A DNA stretch of 55,193 nucleotides, from positions 16,393,221 to 16,448,413 of the forward strand of contig NC_069006.1 of the NCBI RefSeq assembly GCF_001194135.2. The letters are read 5' to 3'. The DNA comes from Octopus bimaculoides. Its lineage: Eukaryota. A program made the translations under genes and the position numbers. The notes under the pieces were generated by a model. The model searched no databases. It was not told the DNA's origin and saw nothing but the letters and a program-made list of their open reading frames with translations. Positions 1 through 11,382 of this stretch are shown here, piece by piece (position 1 is the stretch's first letter; the number at the start of each line of letters is the position of its first letter).

Positions 1-134
1 GGTTAAGTGATTGGGTTAAGTGATTGGGTTAAGTGATTGGGTTAAGTGATTGGGTTAAGTGATTGGGTTAAGTGATTGGGTTAAGTGATTGGGTTAAGTG
101 ATTGGGTTAAGTGATTGGGTTAAGTGATTGGGTT
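1..134. repeat. Perfect 13-bp tandem repeat (GGTTAAGTGATTG)x10 plus a partial copy, running off the window start
   Basis: Period-13 identity read directly from positions 1-134. Confidence 0.97.
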
Positions 135-195
135 TGACAATCTAGCATTTTGAGGCAGTCCATTACTTTAAGTCACTCTAGTAGTAGATTAGGTC

Positions 196-575
196 GTTGG
201 CACTCCGTCGCTTACGATGTCGAGGGTTCCAGTTGATCCGATCAACAGAACAGCCTGCTCGTGAAATGAACGTGCAAGTGGCTGAGCACTCCACAGACAC
301 GTGTACCCTTAACGTAGTTCTCGGGGATATTCAGCGTGACACAGTGTGACAAGGCTGACCCTTTGAATTACAGGCACAACAGAAACAGGAAGTAAGAGTG
401 AGAGAAAGTTGTGGTGAAAGAGTACAGCAGGGTTCGCCACCATCCCCTGCCGGAGCCTCATGGAGCTTCAGGTGTTTTCGCTCAATAAACACTCAAACGC
501 CCAGTCTGGGAATCGAAACCGCGATCCTATGACCACGAGTCCGCTGCCCTAACCACTGGGCCATTGCGCCTCCAC
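196..575 (-). mobile_element. tRNA-derived SINE, family A, full length
   Basis: Minus-strand head GTGGAGGCGCAATGGCCCAGTGGTTAGGGCAGCGG...GGTTTCGATTCCC carries Pol III A and B boxes. Near-identical copies at 13260-13635 and 28618-28927. Confidence 0.9.
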
Positions 576-661
576 TGAAACAAGAGTACAGCATAGGAAA
601 ACCACTTTTTCTTATGCACCAACAAGGGAGATCAAGCCAAGGAGCAAATATATATGCAGTT

Positions 662-850
662 GTTCAAGCTGATAGAAATGGTAACCAAATCTACTTTAAA
701 TCACAAAATACCATTTTAAAAGAAAAGCAAGTACATTAGATAATTAAGAATCTGATATATAAAAAAGACAGGGTAGTCAGGATTGGAAAACTTTTTATCA
801 TATGCCTGTCTGGTCAAGGTTAGCCTGGGATTAATCAACAACCACAATAA
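662..850 (+). mobile_element. Decayed SINE-like repeat, family E (body and tail)
   Basis: Shares the GACCTGCTAGAAATAGCAGCCAAAT...GGATAATGTAGT motif with 35255-35390 and 36335-36436; CAA-type tail near 835-850. Confidence 0.45.
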
Positions 851-1299
851 TTGTCCTTTGTTTATTTAATAATGTTCTTAACTTAAATCTGATCAAAATT
901 TATCTAGGTTAATAGAAACAAGTTGACTGCCTTGACTATACAAATAAACAAGTTCTTTGGAAACATTAATTCAATATGAAAGAGGATCTCTTGCCACTAA
1001 ACATTTTCAAATCATGTCAGATCAGGCCCCAAATTAGCAGAGAAGATAAAGTCAGTAAGAAGGAAATAATGACTTTTCTTTAATGTTAAAATGCAATATT
1101 CTCATGAATTCCACTATCTTAGTTGTATGGTACTTGTATATCTTAAGAGATTGAAACTAGATGCGCATAAAATACTTCCTGATATGAAACTATATAGAGT
1201 GTACAATACTTTGTGATATGAAATTATATAAACAGACATTGTGAAATATTTCATATAAAACTATAGAGTAAAGTAGTAAAGTTCCTTCCCAGGGTCACC

Positions 1300-1515
1300 T
1301 TCCTGGTCCTGGTTTCCATGGTGTATATATTCCCTACCTGGACCAGATGCCAGTCCATCACAGGATTACTCATTTTTGCCAGCTGAGTGAACTAGAGCAA
1401 CACGAAATGAAGTGTCTTGCTCAAGAACACAAGGTGTCACCCAGTTCAGGAACTGAAACCACAATCTTACGATCATGAGTCCTACACCCAAAACCACTAA
1501 CCCATGTGCTTCCAC
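1300..1515 (-). mobile_element. tRNA-headed SINE with a CORE-like central motif
   Basis: Minus strand reads GTGGAAGCACATGGGTTAGTGGTT...GGTTTCAGTTCC...TGTGTTCTTGAGCAAGACACTTCAT; same motif at 13100-13200. Confidence 0.6.
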
Positions 1516-1548
1516 ATCAAACTATATACACATTGTAAAAATAGCTCT

Positions 1549-1911
1549 NNNNNNNNNNNNNNNNNNNNNNNNNNNNNNNNNNNNNNNNNNNNNNNNNNNN
1601 NNNNNNNNNNNNNNNNNNNNNNNNNNNNNNNNNNNNNNNNNNNNNNNNNNNNNNNNNNNNNNNNNNNNNNNNNNNNNNNNNNNNNNNNNNNNNNNNNNNN
1701 NNNNNNNNNNNNNNNNNNNNNNNNNNNNNNNNNNNNNNNNNNNNNNNNNNNNNNNNNNNNNNNNNNNNNNNNNNNNNNNNNNNNNNNNNNNNNNNNNNNN
1801 NNNNNNNNNNNNNNNNNNNNNNNNNNNNNNNNNNNNNNNNNNNNNNNNNNNNNNNNNNNNNNNNNNNNNNNNNNNNNNNNNNNNNNNNNNNNNNNNNNNN
1901 NNNNNNNNNNN
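1549..1911. other. Assembly gap (others at 3237-3336, 5153-5550, 21476-21811, 26835-27752, 28928-29326, 47319-47768)
   Basis: Runs of N, most flanked by microsatellites or SINEs. Confidence 0.99.
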
Positions 1912-2046
1912 CGTATATTTATATTTTAAATTTATTATATTACCATGTCATATTGGATATATATCTTTCGAAATATTAAATATTGATTTCCTGAGTATAT
2001 TATTGATAAGTTTATGAATTTATTAATAATATAAAAACCCATATAT

Positions 2047-2088
<42 letters not shown>

Positions 2089-2183
2089 TGGTCAGATAAC
2101 AGAAATAAAGTGAGAGAACAGATATTTCTTCCATTAGTTTACAGCTGTTTTGTTATCATGTTAGTGATGTAATTGTTAGTGAT

Positions 2184-2634
2184 GTAATTTGTCCCCCAGG
2201 GCCAGACAATCATTCAAGAGTTCTACTGCAATGTGTTTGAAGCATTTGAAGAACACTTAGCAAAAGGAACTGGATCTGTGGAGTGTGAAGAACTGGATTC
2301 TTCATGATGACAATGCACCCTGTCACTGAGCTCTCCTCACTCATGAGTTTCTCGCCAAAAACATGGTATCGTTTCCACTCTATTTGCCAGATTTAGCACC
2401 TGCAAACTTCCATCTCTTTCCTCCAAGATGAAAAGGCAGCTCAAAAGTCACCGTTTTAACACCATTGTCAAGATCCTCAACTTGCTTATGGAAAACAACT
2501 TCCAGGTCAAACTCCTAAAGTGGAAGGATCACTGGGGCTGGTGTATTGCTGCGCAAGGTGACTATTTTGAAGGAGATGGTGTTATTTTTTTATCAAATAT
2601 AGCAAGTCACAGAACTTGTTGATACCACCCCGTA
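2184..2634 (+). mobile_element. Mariner transposase remnant, C-terminal half with 3' end
   Basis: Frameshifted translation: FVPQGQTI..EFY, WILHDDNAPCH, PDLAPANFHLFP, MKRQLKSHRF, KWKDHWGWCIAAQGDYFEGD. Ends ...CCACCCCGTA. Confidence 0.85.
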
Positions 2635-2658
2635 AGTTGAAACATCAAGTCTATGACA

Positions 2659-3067
2659 AACTAGAAAAGCACTCGGAGAGCATAGACCTCCGCCAAGCAG
2701 CTCATTTTAAGATAGATACATGAGTAAAATTACTAATAAAGAAACGAAAATAAACTTTGGAAACAGCAATGCCACCATGGGTTACGTGGAAACAATGAAC
2801 ATGTTTTCAAGGGAGATAATCAAAGAATGTGACATCGTAATACTTCATGTAAAGTAAATATAACAAATGAAAAATCCTTTCAAGAATCCATAAAAATTCC
2901 CGGATCACTACCAAAATTTCATCATCTGTTCCTTGTGTCATTGCCAACTTTTTCTGCAAGTTTCATCAAATACCGTTCATAACTTTTTGAGTTGTCTTGC
3001 ACAGAAACGGACAGCCAGACAAACCAATGCCGATGAAAACATAACCTCCTTCCTTGGCGGAGGTAAT
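2659..3067 (+). mobile_element. Non-autonomous Helentron-associated (HINE/DINE-1-like) element
   Basis: Subterminal inverted repeat ACCTCCGCCAAG (2686-2697) / CTTGGCGGAGGT (3053-3064) plus a 3' stem-loop ACCTCC...GGAGGT; no coding capacity. Confidence 0.65.
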
Positions 3068-3339
3068 ACCAAGAAATTTCCTTATATATCACAAACAATA
3101 AATTTATTCAGAAGATTACCATATATGGCTTGTTTATGAAAGCAATGACCACAGATCAGTACAAGTTCAGAGAAATAAACAGTAGATAATACAATAAAAG
3201 TCAAAAAATCAGAAAAAAAATAAGAAAGTATGAAATNNNNNNNNNNNNNNNNNNNNNNNNNNNNNNNNNNNNNNNNNNNNNNNNNNNNNNNNNNNNNNNN
3301 NNNNNNNNNNNNNNNNNNNNNNNNNNNNNNNNNNNNATA

Positions 3340-3530
3340 TATTTCACTTGTTTCAGTAATTAGAATGTGGCCATGATTGGACACCCCCATGAAGAATTTT
3401 AGTCAAACAAACTGCCCTGGAATTACTTTTTGAAGCCTGGTTCAAATATTATTAATCTCTTTTGCTGAACCACTAAGTTACAAGGACATAAACACACCAA
3501 CACCACTTGCCAAGCAGGCAGTAGACAAGC
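3340..3530 (-). mobile_element. SINE family B, decayed 3' half
   Basis: Reverse complement of the GACAAC..GTGTT...AGCATGGCC...ACTGAAACAAGT tail seen in full copies. Confidence 0.7.
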
Positions 3531-3580
3531 ACAGACACAGAGACACATACATCCCAATAACTTTTTTTTCCAAAGCTATA

Positions 3581-4053
3581 ATAGAAGTGCACATTCGGCA
3601 TATTTTGCTTTATGAGTTCAATGAAGACAACAACACAACGGAAAGTGCAAGAAGTATTAATGCAGTATATGGGGATCAGACGATAAGCATAAGCCAGCGT
3701 CAACAGTGGTTTCAGAAGTTTTAAGCCGGAAACTACAGCTTTGAAGACAAACCTTGATGAAGATGTCCTGCAAACCCTGGTGGAACAAAATCCCATGATA
3801 ACTGTTGAGGAACTAACAGAGGGGCTTGGATTTGGTGATTCAATCATTCATCAACACCTACGTGCCATCAGAAAAGTCAACAAATTGGGTCAATGGGTTC
3901 CTCGCAAACTTTCTGAGTCTCATCGCGCGCAGTGAGTGAATGTGTGCTTTTCTTTGCTCAGACGTCTTACGAATGAATCTTTTTTTGGACCGAATGGTGA
4001 CTGCCAACGAGAAATGGGTTCTCTATAAAAATGTCAAGCGCTGAAGACAGTAG
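3581..4053 (+). mobile_element. Mariner (Mos1/Hsmar1-like) transposase remnant, N-terminal half
   Basis: HIRHILLYEFN, QQWFQKF*AGNYSFED, HQHLRAIRKVNKLGQWVPRKL, DRMVTANEKWVLYKNVKR, with stops and frameshifts. Confidence 0.88.
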
Positions 4054-4065
4054 GCAGAGAAAGAA

Positions 4066-4105
<40 letters not shown>

Positions 4106-4269
4106 ATATCAGATGCAGGTGTGGCTGTGCGGTAAGAAGTTTGCTTCCCAGTCACATGGTTCTGGATTCAGTCTGAATGTGTGACACCTTAGGCAAGAGC
4201 ACTTGTACAGTGTAGTAGATATAGACAGGCAGACAGACATACGTCTTTTTGAGACAAATAGGAATTCAT

Positions 4270-4275
4270 TCATGA

Positions 4276-4311
<36 letters not shown>

Positions 4312-4784
4312 ATGAAAGAAAGAATGAAAGAAAGAGTTGAAGGAAGCAAGCAAGCAAGAAACAAAGGAAGGAATGAATGAAGGAAGGAAGGAAGGAAGGA
4401 AGGAAGGAAGGAAGGAAAGAAAGAGTTGAAGGAAGCAAGCAAGCAAGAAACAAAGGAAAGAAGGAATGAATGAATGAATGAATGAATGAATGAAGGAAGG
4501 AAGGAAAGAAAGAAAGAGTTGAAGGAAGCAAGCAAGCAAGAAACAAAGGAAGGAAGGAAGGAAGGAAGGAAGGAAGGAAGGAAGGAAGGAGTTGGAGGAA
4601 GCAAGCAAGCAAGAAACAAAGGAAGGAAGGAAGGAATGAAGGAAGGAAGGAAGGAATGAAGGAAGGAAAGGAAGAAAGGGAAGAAAGAAAGAAAGAGTTA
4701 AAGGAAGCAAGCAAGCAAGAAACAAAGGAATGAATGAATGAATGAAGGAAGGAAGGAAGGAATGAAGGAAGGAAAGGAAGAAAG

Positions 4785-4818
<34 letters not shown>

Positions 4819-4830
4819 GAGTGACAGAAA
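4270..4830. repeat. Compound GAAA/GAAG/GAAT satellite with five copies of a ~36-bp anchor GAGTTGAAGGAAGCAAGCAAGCAAGAAACAAAGGAA
   Basis: Anchors start at 4334, 4423, 4516, 4589 and 4695; the sequence between them is tetranucleotide tracts. Confidence 0.9.
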
Positions 4831-5619
4831 CAAATAGATACAAACACAGATGAATAGAGATTGCTAGATTGTTGGCAAGTTGATTGGATGGCTGAATGGC
4901 TTAAGCAAGCTGGAATGTCTGTTAGTAATAAAGAAGTGTACAACACAATTTTACTAAACATGTGCTTTGCAGTCAATTTTTTTGGTCTCTAATCCATCCA
5001 CAAAGCTACTGGATCAAATCTGAGACAAGCTACGCAAATGCAGAAGATATTTGCAAAGATGGATTGATTCTTACTGTTTTACTTGTTCGTATTAAAGTTT
5101 CATAATTTTTTTTTTAATATTTGGTGGCTGAAAAGATTTGTACATTTGGGCANNNNNNNNNNNNNNNNNNNNNNNNNNNNNNNNNNNNNNNNNNNNNNNN
5201 NNNNNNNNNNNNNNNNNNNNNNNNNNNNNNNNNNNNNNNNNNNNNNNNNNNNNNNNNNNNNNNNNNNNNNNNNNNNNNNNNNNNNNNNNNNNNNNNNNNN
5301 NNNNNNNNNNNNNNNNNNNNNNNNNNNNNNNNNNNNNNNNNNNNNNNNNNNNNNNNNNNNNNNNNNNNNNNNNNNNNNNNNNNNNNNNNNNNNNNNNNNN
5401 NNNNNNNNNNNNNNNNNNNNNNNNNNNNNNNNNNNNNNNNNNNNNNNNNNNNNNNNNNNNNNNNNNNNNNNNNNNNNNNNNNNNNNNNNNNNNNNNNNNN
5501 NNNNNNNNNNNNNNNNNNNNNNNNNNNNNNNNNNNNNNNNNNNNNNNNNNGTGTGTGTGTGTGTGTGCGTGCGTGTGTGCGCGTGCATGTGGTTGTGTGT
5601 GCATGCACATGCGCACGAA

Positions 5620-5826
5620 TGCATCTGTTTGACAACTGCTGACAACTGGTGTTGGTGTGTTTACACCCCTGTAACTTAGCAGTTTGGCAAAAGGGGTTGA
5701 TAGAATAAGTACCAGGCTAAAAAAAGAAAAAAACATTAAGTATTGTAGTCAATTCATTCAACTAAAATCTTCCTTCAAAGTGGTACCCCAGCATGGCCAC
5801 AGTCTGACTGAAACAAGTAAAAGAAT
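5620..5826 (+). mobile_element. SINE family B, 3' half (head probably in the adjacent gap)
   Basis: GACAACTGGTGTTGGTGTGTTTACAC...CCAGCATGGCCACAGTCTGACTGAAACAAGTAAAAGA. Confidence 0.75.
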
Positions 5827-6524
5827 ATGTGTATCAGTGTGAGGGGGGGGGGGCACCATTGTGTGCATATATATCTGCAAACATTCTGGTACACACAAGT
5901 CTGTATTTCCCCATATGTCAATGCATTTATACGCTTGAGTGAATGACCATTTGAGTGTATGATCATTGTTTGAATGTGAGTGGCATGTGCCTTTTGTATA
6001 TCTGTGAGTAAGTATAAGTGTGTGTGTGTGTGTGTATGTTTTTGTGAGTGTGTGTGTGTGTGCACGCGCGTGCACGCGTAGTGCTTGTGTTTAAGAGTGC
6101 TTTTCTGTTTGCCTCTAAGTAGGTGTGCATAAGACTGAATGAATGCTAGAGTCAGTGGGTGTGTGAATTTGTGCTCCAATGTGTGTCAATGTGTATGCAA
6201 GTATGTGTGTGTGTGTGTGTGTGGCTGCAAGAAGTGAAGACACTTTATAGTAACAAAGAATTCATTCATAAATCTGTCCACTCTAGCAAAGTTGACCATA
6301 GCTGAGCTAAACACAACAATGGCAACTAAATCCATGCTACACACACACACACACACACACACACGCACGCACGCACGCACGCACACACAGCCTAAATGAC
6401 GAGTCAGCAGAACAGACTTGTTTGTTCAGACTCGACCTGTTAGAAATAGCAACCATAACTCCGTCAAATTACAAATGCAGTGCTTGATACAATGACTGAG
6501 AATAAAATGGGGATACTCTCTTTT

Positions 6525-6735
6525 AATCTTTTACTTGTTTCAGTCATTTGACTGCAGCCATGCTGGAGCACCACCTTTAGTCGAGCAAATCGACCCCAGG
6601 ACTTATTCTTTGTAAGCCTAATACTTATTCTATCGTTCTATTTTGCCGAAACGCTAAGTTACGGAGACGTAAACACACCCGCATCGGTTGTCAAGCAATG
6701 TTGGGGGGACAAACACAGACACTCAAACATATACA
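6525..6735 (-). mobile_element. SINE family B, 3' half
   Basis: High identity to the reverse complement of 30400-30570. Confidence 0.85.
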
Positions 6736-7515
6736 CACACATACATAGTCATGATTGGAATACTTTTGTACAGAGATGAGCTTGAACAAGGCACCTGAGG
6801 AAAGAGGCTAAACATACATGTCAAAAGAGGCTGTAAAATTCCAAAGCTTTTAATACGAGCTTACTATGACATAAAAACAACTGAGAAAGTGCCAGTTTGT
6901 ATGTGTGTGTGAGTAAATATATATATATAATTTTTCAAAGTAAACTATGTAATCGTTACCAATATAGCAGGAGATTTTAGGCTGGTTAACGCTAGTAATA
7001 TGGTATGGATTTTCAAATTTTGAAGTTTTGATTTTTGTTTGATTAATTCATTATTTGTTTTTTTTGGGGGGGGGGGTCCAAAGAAAGTTATTCCTGATGA
7101 AGTGTATGGCAACTGATATATTTGACTTATACTTAATTGTCAAATATAGCTGTATACAGAAATGTTAACATCAGATTAAATACATTCATATGGATATTGG
7201 CGTCAAGTCTCTTTCTTAAATGTAAAAATTTAAAACTTTGTATATACATATATATATATATACATAAGGGATACACATTGCTAAATGACAATTGTGGGTG
7301 AAGATAAAGAACATGAGCATATGTTAGTGGGAGATGAGTAAAGACTAACAGTTTGAGATTGGGCCCATCTTTAAAGAAGACAGTGTTATCTTATCTAACC
7401 AAGAGAGTGTTATCTTATCAAGCCCAGATAAACCAAACATGACACATAAAGAAGAGAAATACAGAAAATATAGATGGAGAGAGAGAGATGAAGATATACA
7501 TTCAGGTAAGTGTAC

Positions 7516-7548
<33 letters not shown>

Positions 7549-7603
7549 TAAACACATAAATACACACACACACACACATGCACACATGCACATATATACA
7601 CAT

Positions 7604-7755
7604 AGGGGCAAGCATGGTGGTAAGAAGTAAGCTTCCCAACCACATGGGTTGGGTTCTATCTCACTGCATTGCACCTTGGGCAGACGTTTTCTACAACAAT
7701 TCCAAGCTGACCAAAGCCTTGAGTGGATTTGATAGATGGAAACTGAAAAAAGTCT
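7604..7755 (+). mobile_element. SINE family B, head only
   Basis: GCATGGTGGTAAGAAGTAAGCTTCCCAACCACATGG...AAAGCCTTGAGTGGATTTG..GATGGAAACTGAAA. Confidence 0.7.
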
Positions 7756-7827
7756 GTTGTATGAATATATTTTAATATTTTGCTTAAGCTTAGTGACACT
7801 AATAATCTGGTGTTAGAACTCAATATA

Positions 7828-7990
7828 TCGTCGTCGTCGTCGTCGTCATCGTTTAACGTCTGCTTTCCATGCTGGCATGGGTTGGACGATTTGACTGAGG
7901 ACTGGTGAAACCAGATGGCTACACCAGGCTCCAATCTGATTTGGCAGAGTTTCTACAGCTGGATGCCCTTCCTAACGCCAACCACTCAGA
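7828..7990 (-). mobile_element. SINE family D, 3' part with (GAT/GAC)n tail
   Basis: Near-identical to the reverse complement of 42835-42997. Confidence 0.85.
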
Positions 7991-9239
7991 GAATATATAT
8001 ATATATATATATATATAATACAAAGAATATATATACATGTATACACACATATATGTACATACTTACATCTACATGTGTATATATATGCATATCAGGGTAC
8101 AGGACGTTAGAACAATGAACTACAGACAACGGAACGAACACATAGGAAAACGGAAAGCCACTTGGAATATCCATTCATCAGCTGTCTCTATTCTAACTAG
8201 ACGTTTCGAAGATAAGACAGAACGTACTCTAGAATAGTCTCTTCCTGAGTAGTGGATCAACCCACTACACAGAGGATTCCAAGGTGGCAAACACAAACCA
8301 AGACAGGAAAAATTGGACAGTGAAAACAACATTCAAAAGCCGTACGGCCAAACGCGAATCTGAGGTAGAACGCTAGTAGTTCGTCTTGCCTTCACAGCGG
8401 CTGGAGTGAAAAGAAAGTTGACCACAGGTCACACGAGAGCAGAGAGGATGGTGGAGGGAGGAAGTGGAACAAGGAGGAAGGGACATATATATATATATAT
8501 ATATATGGTCGGATCAATATTGAATAGTGATGAAATTGTGTCTGGAACTACTGTTTTCACTCCCAACAAAACTGTGAGGTACTAAATGAGTTTCACACTC
8601 AGCACACCCATGTAACTGACATATTTCCCTTTCTTTTCTTTTTTTATTGTTTGAATTCCTAGATTTTAATCATGAGAGATTAAGATATCTTTTATCTTTT
8701 ATTTGTTTCAGACTGCAACCATGCTGGGACACCACCTTGAGGAATTTTTAGTTGATTGTTATCAACCCCAGAATTTATTGGAAGAAACGTTAGGAATCGA
8801 AATCATAACCCTGATTAAATCATTAAGTCAACCACCCAAAAATACTGGAAGAGAATAAGCTATGGAGTATCAAGGGATAGAAATGCACAGTGCAAAAGGG
8901 TTATGGTGAATGTCCACAAGAAGAGGGACCTTCCTAAGTGTTCTACTGGAGTACAAAGGAACAAAAACCGAAAAACACAAAATGAAATCAAATAAAACAA
9001 AAAAAAAATGAAATATGATAAAGTATTCACGCAGGCAAGGACAGAAAATAAGGTGAAGTAGAGCTGTCCAGGAAAAGTTATCCCATAGGGCAGGGTGGTC
9101 CAGAGTTGACCACAGGAGTAGGAAAAGCAAAGCAAGAGTAATGCAAAGCTAAAGCAAAATTGAGTAGGAAAAAAGAGAGTGGGTAGTGCTGCCTACACAC
9201 AGCCATTTTGGTAGTGAAGTCCACAAGTGGACCACAAAG

Positions 9240-9470
9240 GGTCTCCATAGAAAAGGCAATCCATAAAAGGTGATCCATGAAAGTTAATAATAGGTGGTAA
9301 TCCATAACAAGTGGGCCTTAAAGGTAGTCCGCAAATGTGATCCATAAGAGGTAAGTAATCCAAAAGAGGTAATTAATCCACAAAGGTGATCCATAAGGAA
9401 CAGACTATAAAAGGGGGTTCATAAAAGATAATCCTCAAGGAATAATCCATAAAGGTTGTCCATGGGAAAA
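9240..9470. repeat. Degenerate ~13-bp minisatellite, consensus near AAAGGTGATCCAT
   Basis: Roughly ten variants of (A/G)ATCCATAAAGG recur across the interval. Confidence 0.6.
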
Positions 9471-9714
9471 TAAACAAGTGGTACATGTGAAGTATACTGG
9501 TAGTCATCCACAGAGGAGTTAGCTGAGCAAAATTTGATGACAGAGCATCAGACGGCATAAGCAATAGAAAAACTATGCTGGGATACCAAACCATAGCAAT
9601 CAAAAGTTGGGTAGATGGAAAACAGTTAAAAATAAGGGTGAAATACACACAAAATGAAACACACAAAAAGTTCAGCAGGCTCCAGACACTGTGAGATTTG
9701 CTGAACATTTACCC

Positions 9715-10280
9715 ATTTTGGAACTGTTGCAAGTTCCTCCTTTTATTGAAGCAGTTCTTAAAATCAACACAGCAGAGTATCTCAAAATCTTAGAAGTTTT
9801 GTTGCCTTGGATTAGGAAGCATTATGATGCAAGTCGAGTCATGTTTATACAGGACTCTGCACCAGCCCATTCTTCAAAAAGAGTACAAGAAATTTTGAAG
9901 AAGGAATTGCCCATGTTTGTCCCTAAAGATATCTGGTCCTCTCGTTCACTAGACTTAAAAATGTGTGTGTGTTTAGGCTACGGGGCAAACTGAAGCAACA
10001 TCCAACACAACTTCTCACAACTGTGTGTCTTCACTGAAGGAATCAATCAAGCAAGCATTCAGTAAAATGAAAAAGGAAGAAATAGTTAACGCATGTGGCA
10101 TCATTTCATAAATGGCTTAAACTGGTAAAGAAAGCAAATGACAGTCACTTTGAACTGAAATAAGTGCTAAACACTCCACAATAAATTGGCATAAACATAA
10201 AATTTGCACTGTTTGATTTTTCCGAGTCATACCAATTATATTAAAGCTATTTGAATGGTCCCAATTTACCTGTTACACCC

Positions 10281-10283
<3 letters not shown>
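9715..10283 (+). mobile_element. DD37D (maT-type) transposase remnant with 3' TIR
   Basis: KINTAEYLKIL..LLPWIRKHY..VMFIQDSAPAHSSKRVQEIL..KDIWSSRSLDL; ends ...ACACCCTG like 53560-53566. Confidence 0.8.
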
Positions 10284-10325
<42 letters not shown>

Positions 10326-10539
10326 GTTTTAGGGAAAATAACCAAGTTTCAAGAACTCATCGATGAAAATCCACTATCACATATAGAAAAATTAACAATT
10401 AAAAGCACAATAAATATATTTTATCTATAAAGCTCAATTTAATTTTAATTTTTTATAAATTGATTTTAATTGAGTTTTTACCTGTAATTTTGGATTTTGT
10501 CCCTAATATTATTATATATATATATATATATATTGTGAC

Positions 10540-10718
10540 ATGCAAAAGGCACTTGTGCCAGCGACATGGTAAAAGACACCTGGTACACTCAGTGGAGTAG
10601 TTGGCATTAGGAAGGACATCCAACTGTATAAACCAGGCCAAAACAGAATCCCAGTCAAACTGTATAACCCATGCCAGCATAGAAAATGGGTGTTAAATGA
10701 TGATGATGATGATGATGA
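10540..10718 (+). mobile_element. SINE family D, decayed
   Basis: GAGTAGTTGGCATTAGGAAGGACATCCA...CCCATGCCAGCATAGAAAA...TTAAATGATGATGATG. Confidence 0.75.
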
Positions 10719-10925
10719 TATATACACAGACACAGTTGCCCAGCTACCTCTGATGAGCATAAGGTTACCTAACACTCCATTATACCCCTAGTGAGAAACT
10801 GATTGGTAAAATCAGCCGTGATGGATATATAATACTGTACACTTCAGATTATATATATATATAAATATATATATACAAACATTTATATATTAACACACAA
10901 GTATAAACGCGTGTGCATATGTATG

Positions 10926-10965
<40 letters not shown>

Positions 10966-11004
10966 TACCTAAACATATATATACATATATATATATACAT
11001 ATAT

Positions 11005-11166
11005 ACGACAGGCTTGTTTCAGTTTCCATCTACTAAATCCACTCACAAGGCTTTGGTCGGCCCAAGGCTATAGTAGAAGACACTTGCCCAAGGTGCCACG
11101 CAGTGGGACTGAACCCAGAACCATGTGGCTGGGAAGCAAGCTACTTACCACGCAGTCACTCTTGCG
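11005..11166 (-). mobile_element. SINE family B, head half
   Basis: Reverse complement of the head at 11383-11545. Confidence 0.88.
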
Positions 11167-11382
11167 TTTACAAAGATCACATAACATGTCAAGAAGTCCA
11201 GATATATTTTTAAAGTTGACTTCGGGCAGAATTTTGACAGCAAGGCTGTTGCTTCCAGTCAGAGAATACACACGAAGATGAGGGTAAATATAAACATATT
11301 CACACAAACACACACATACATACATATAAACAAATATATACAAATGTTTATTTGACATTAAAAAATCAACAAAAAAATAATA

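Noticed and set aside
1-134. Telomere
   Set aside because: The unit is 13 bp, not TTAGGG, and the G-rich strand points inward from the left end.
196-575. tRNA genes at the SINE A, B and C heads
   Set aside because: A and B boxes are present but there is no complete cloverleaf, and each runs into a multi-copy SINE body.
4270-4830. CRISPR-like array (36-bp repeats with spacers)
   Set aside because: Spacers are tetranucleotide microsatellites, the repeat is non-palindromic low complexity, there are no cas genes, and the context is eukaryotic.
4109-4976. Long ORFs rich in F/L/P/S
   Set aside because: Translations of the GAAG/GAAA satellite.
7430-7515. Plus-strand exon ending CATTCAG|GTAAGT
   Set aside because: No credible acceptor or recognisable peptide; embedded in microsatellites.
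8080-8450. Penelope-like terminal fragment (also 22100-22270)
   Set aside because: Only a vague resemblance (GACGTTTCG..., TTCATCAG); no coding motif or second copy in the window.
11165-11300. Minus-strand exon LAVKILPEVNFKNISGLLDML
   Set aside because: No homology recognised, and the DNA resembles a decayed family C SINE (AAAGTTGACTTCGG.CAGAATTT).
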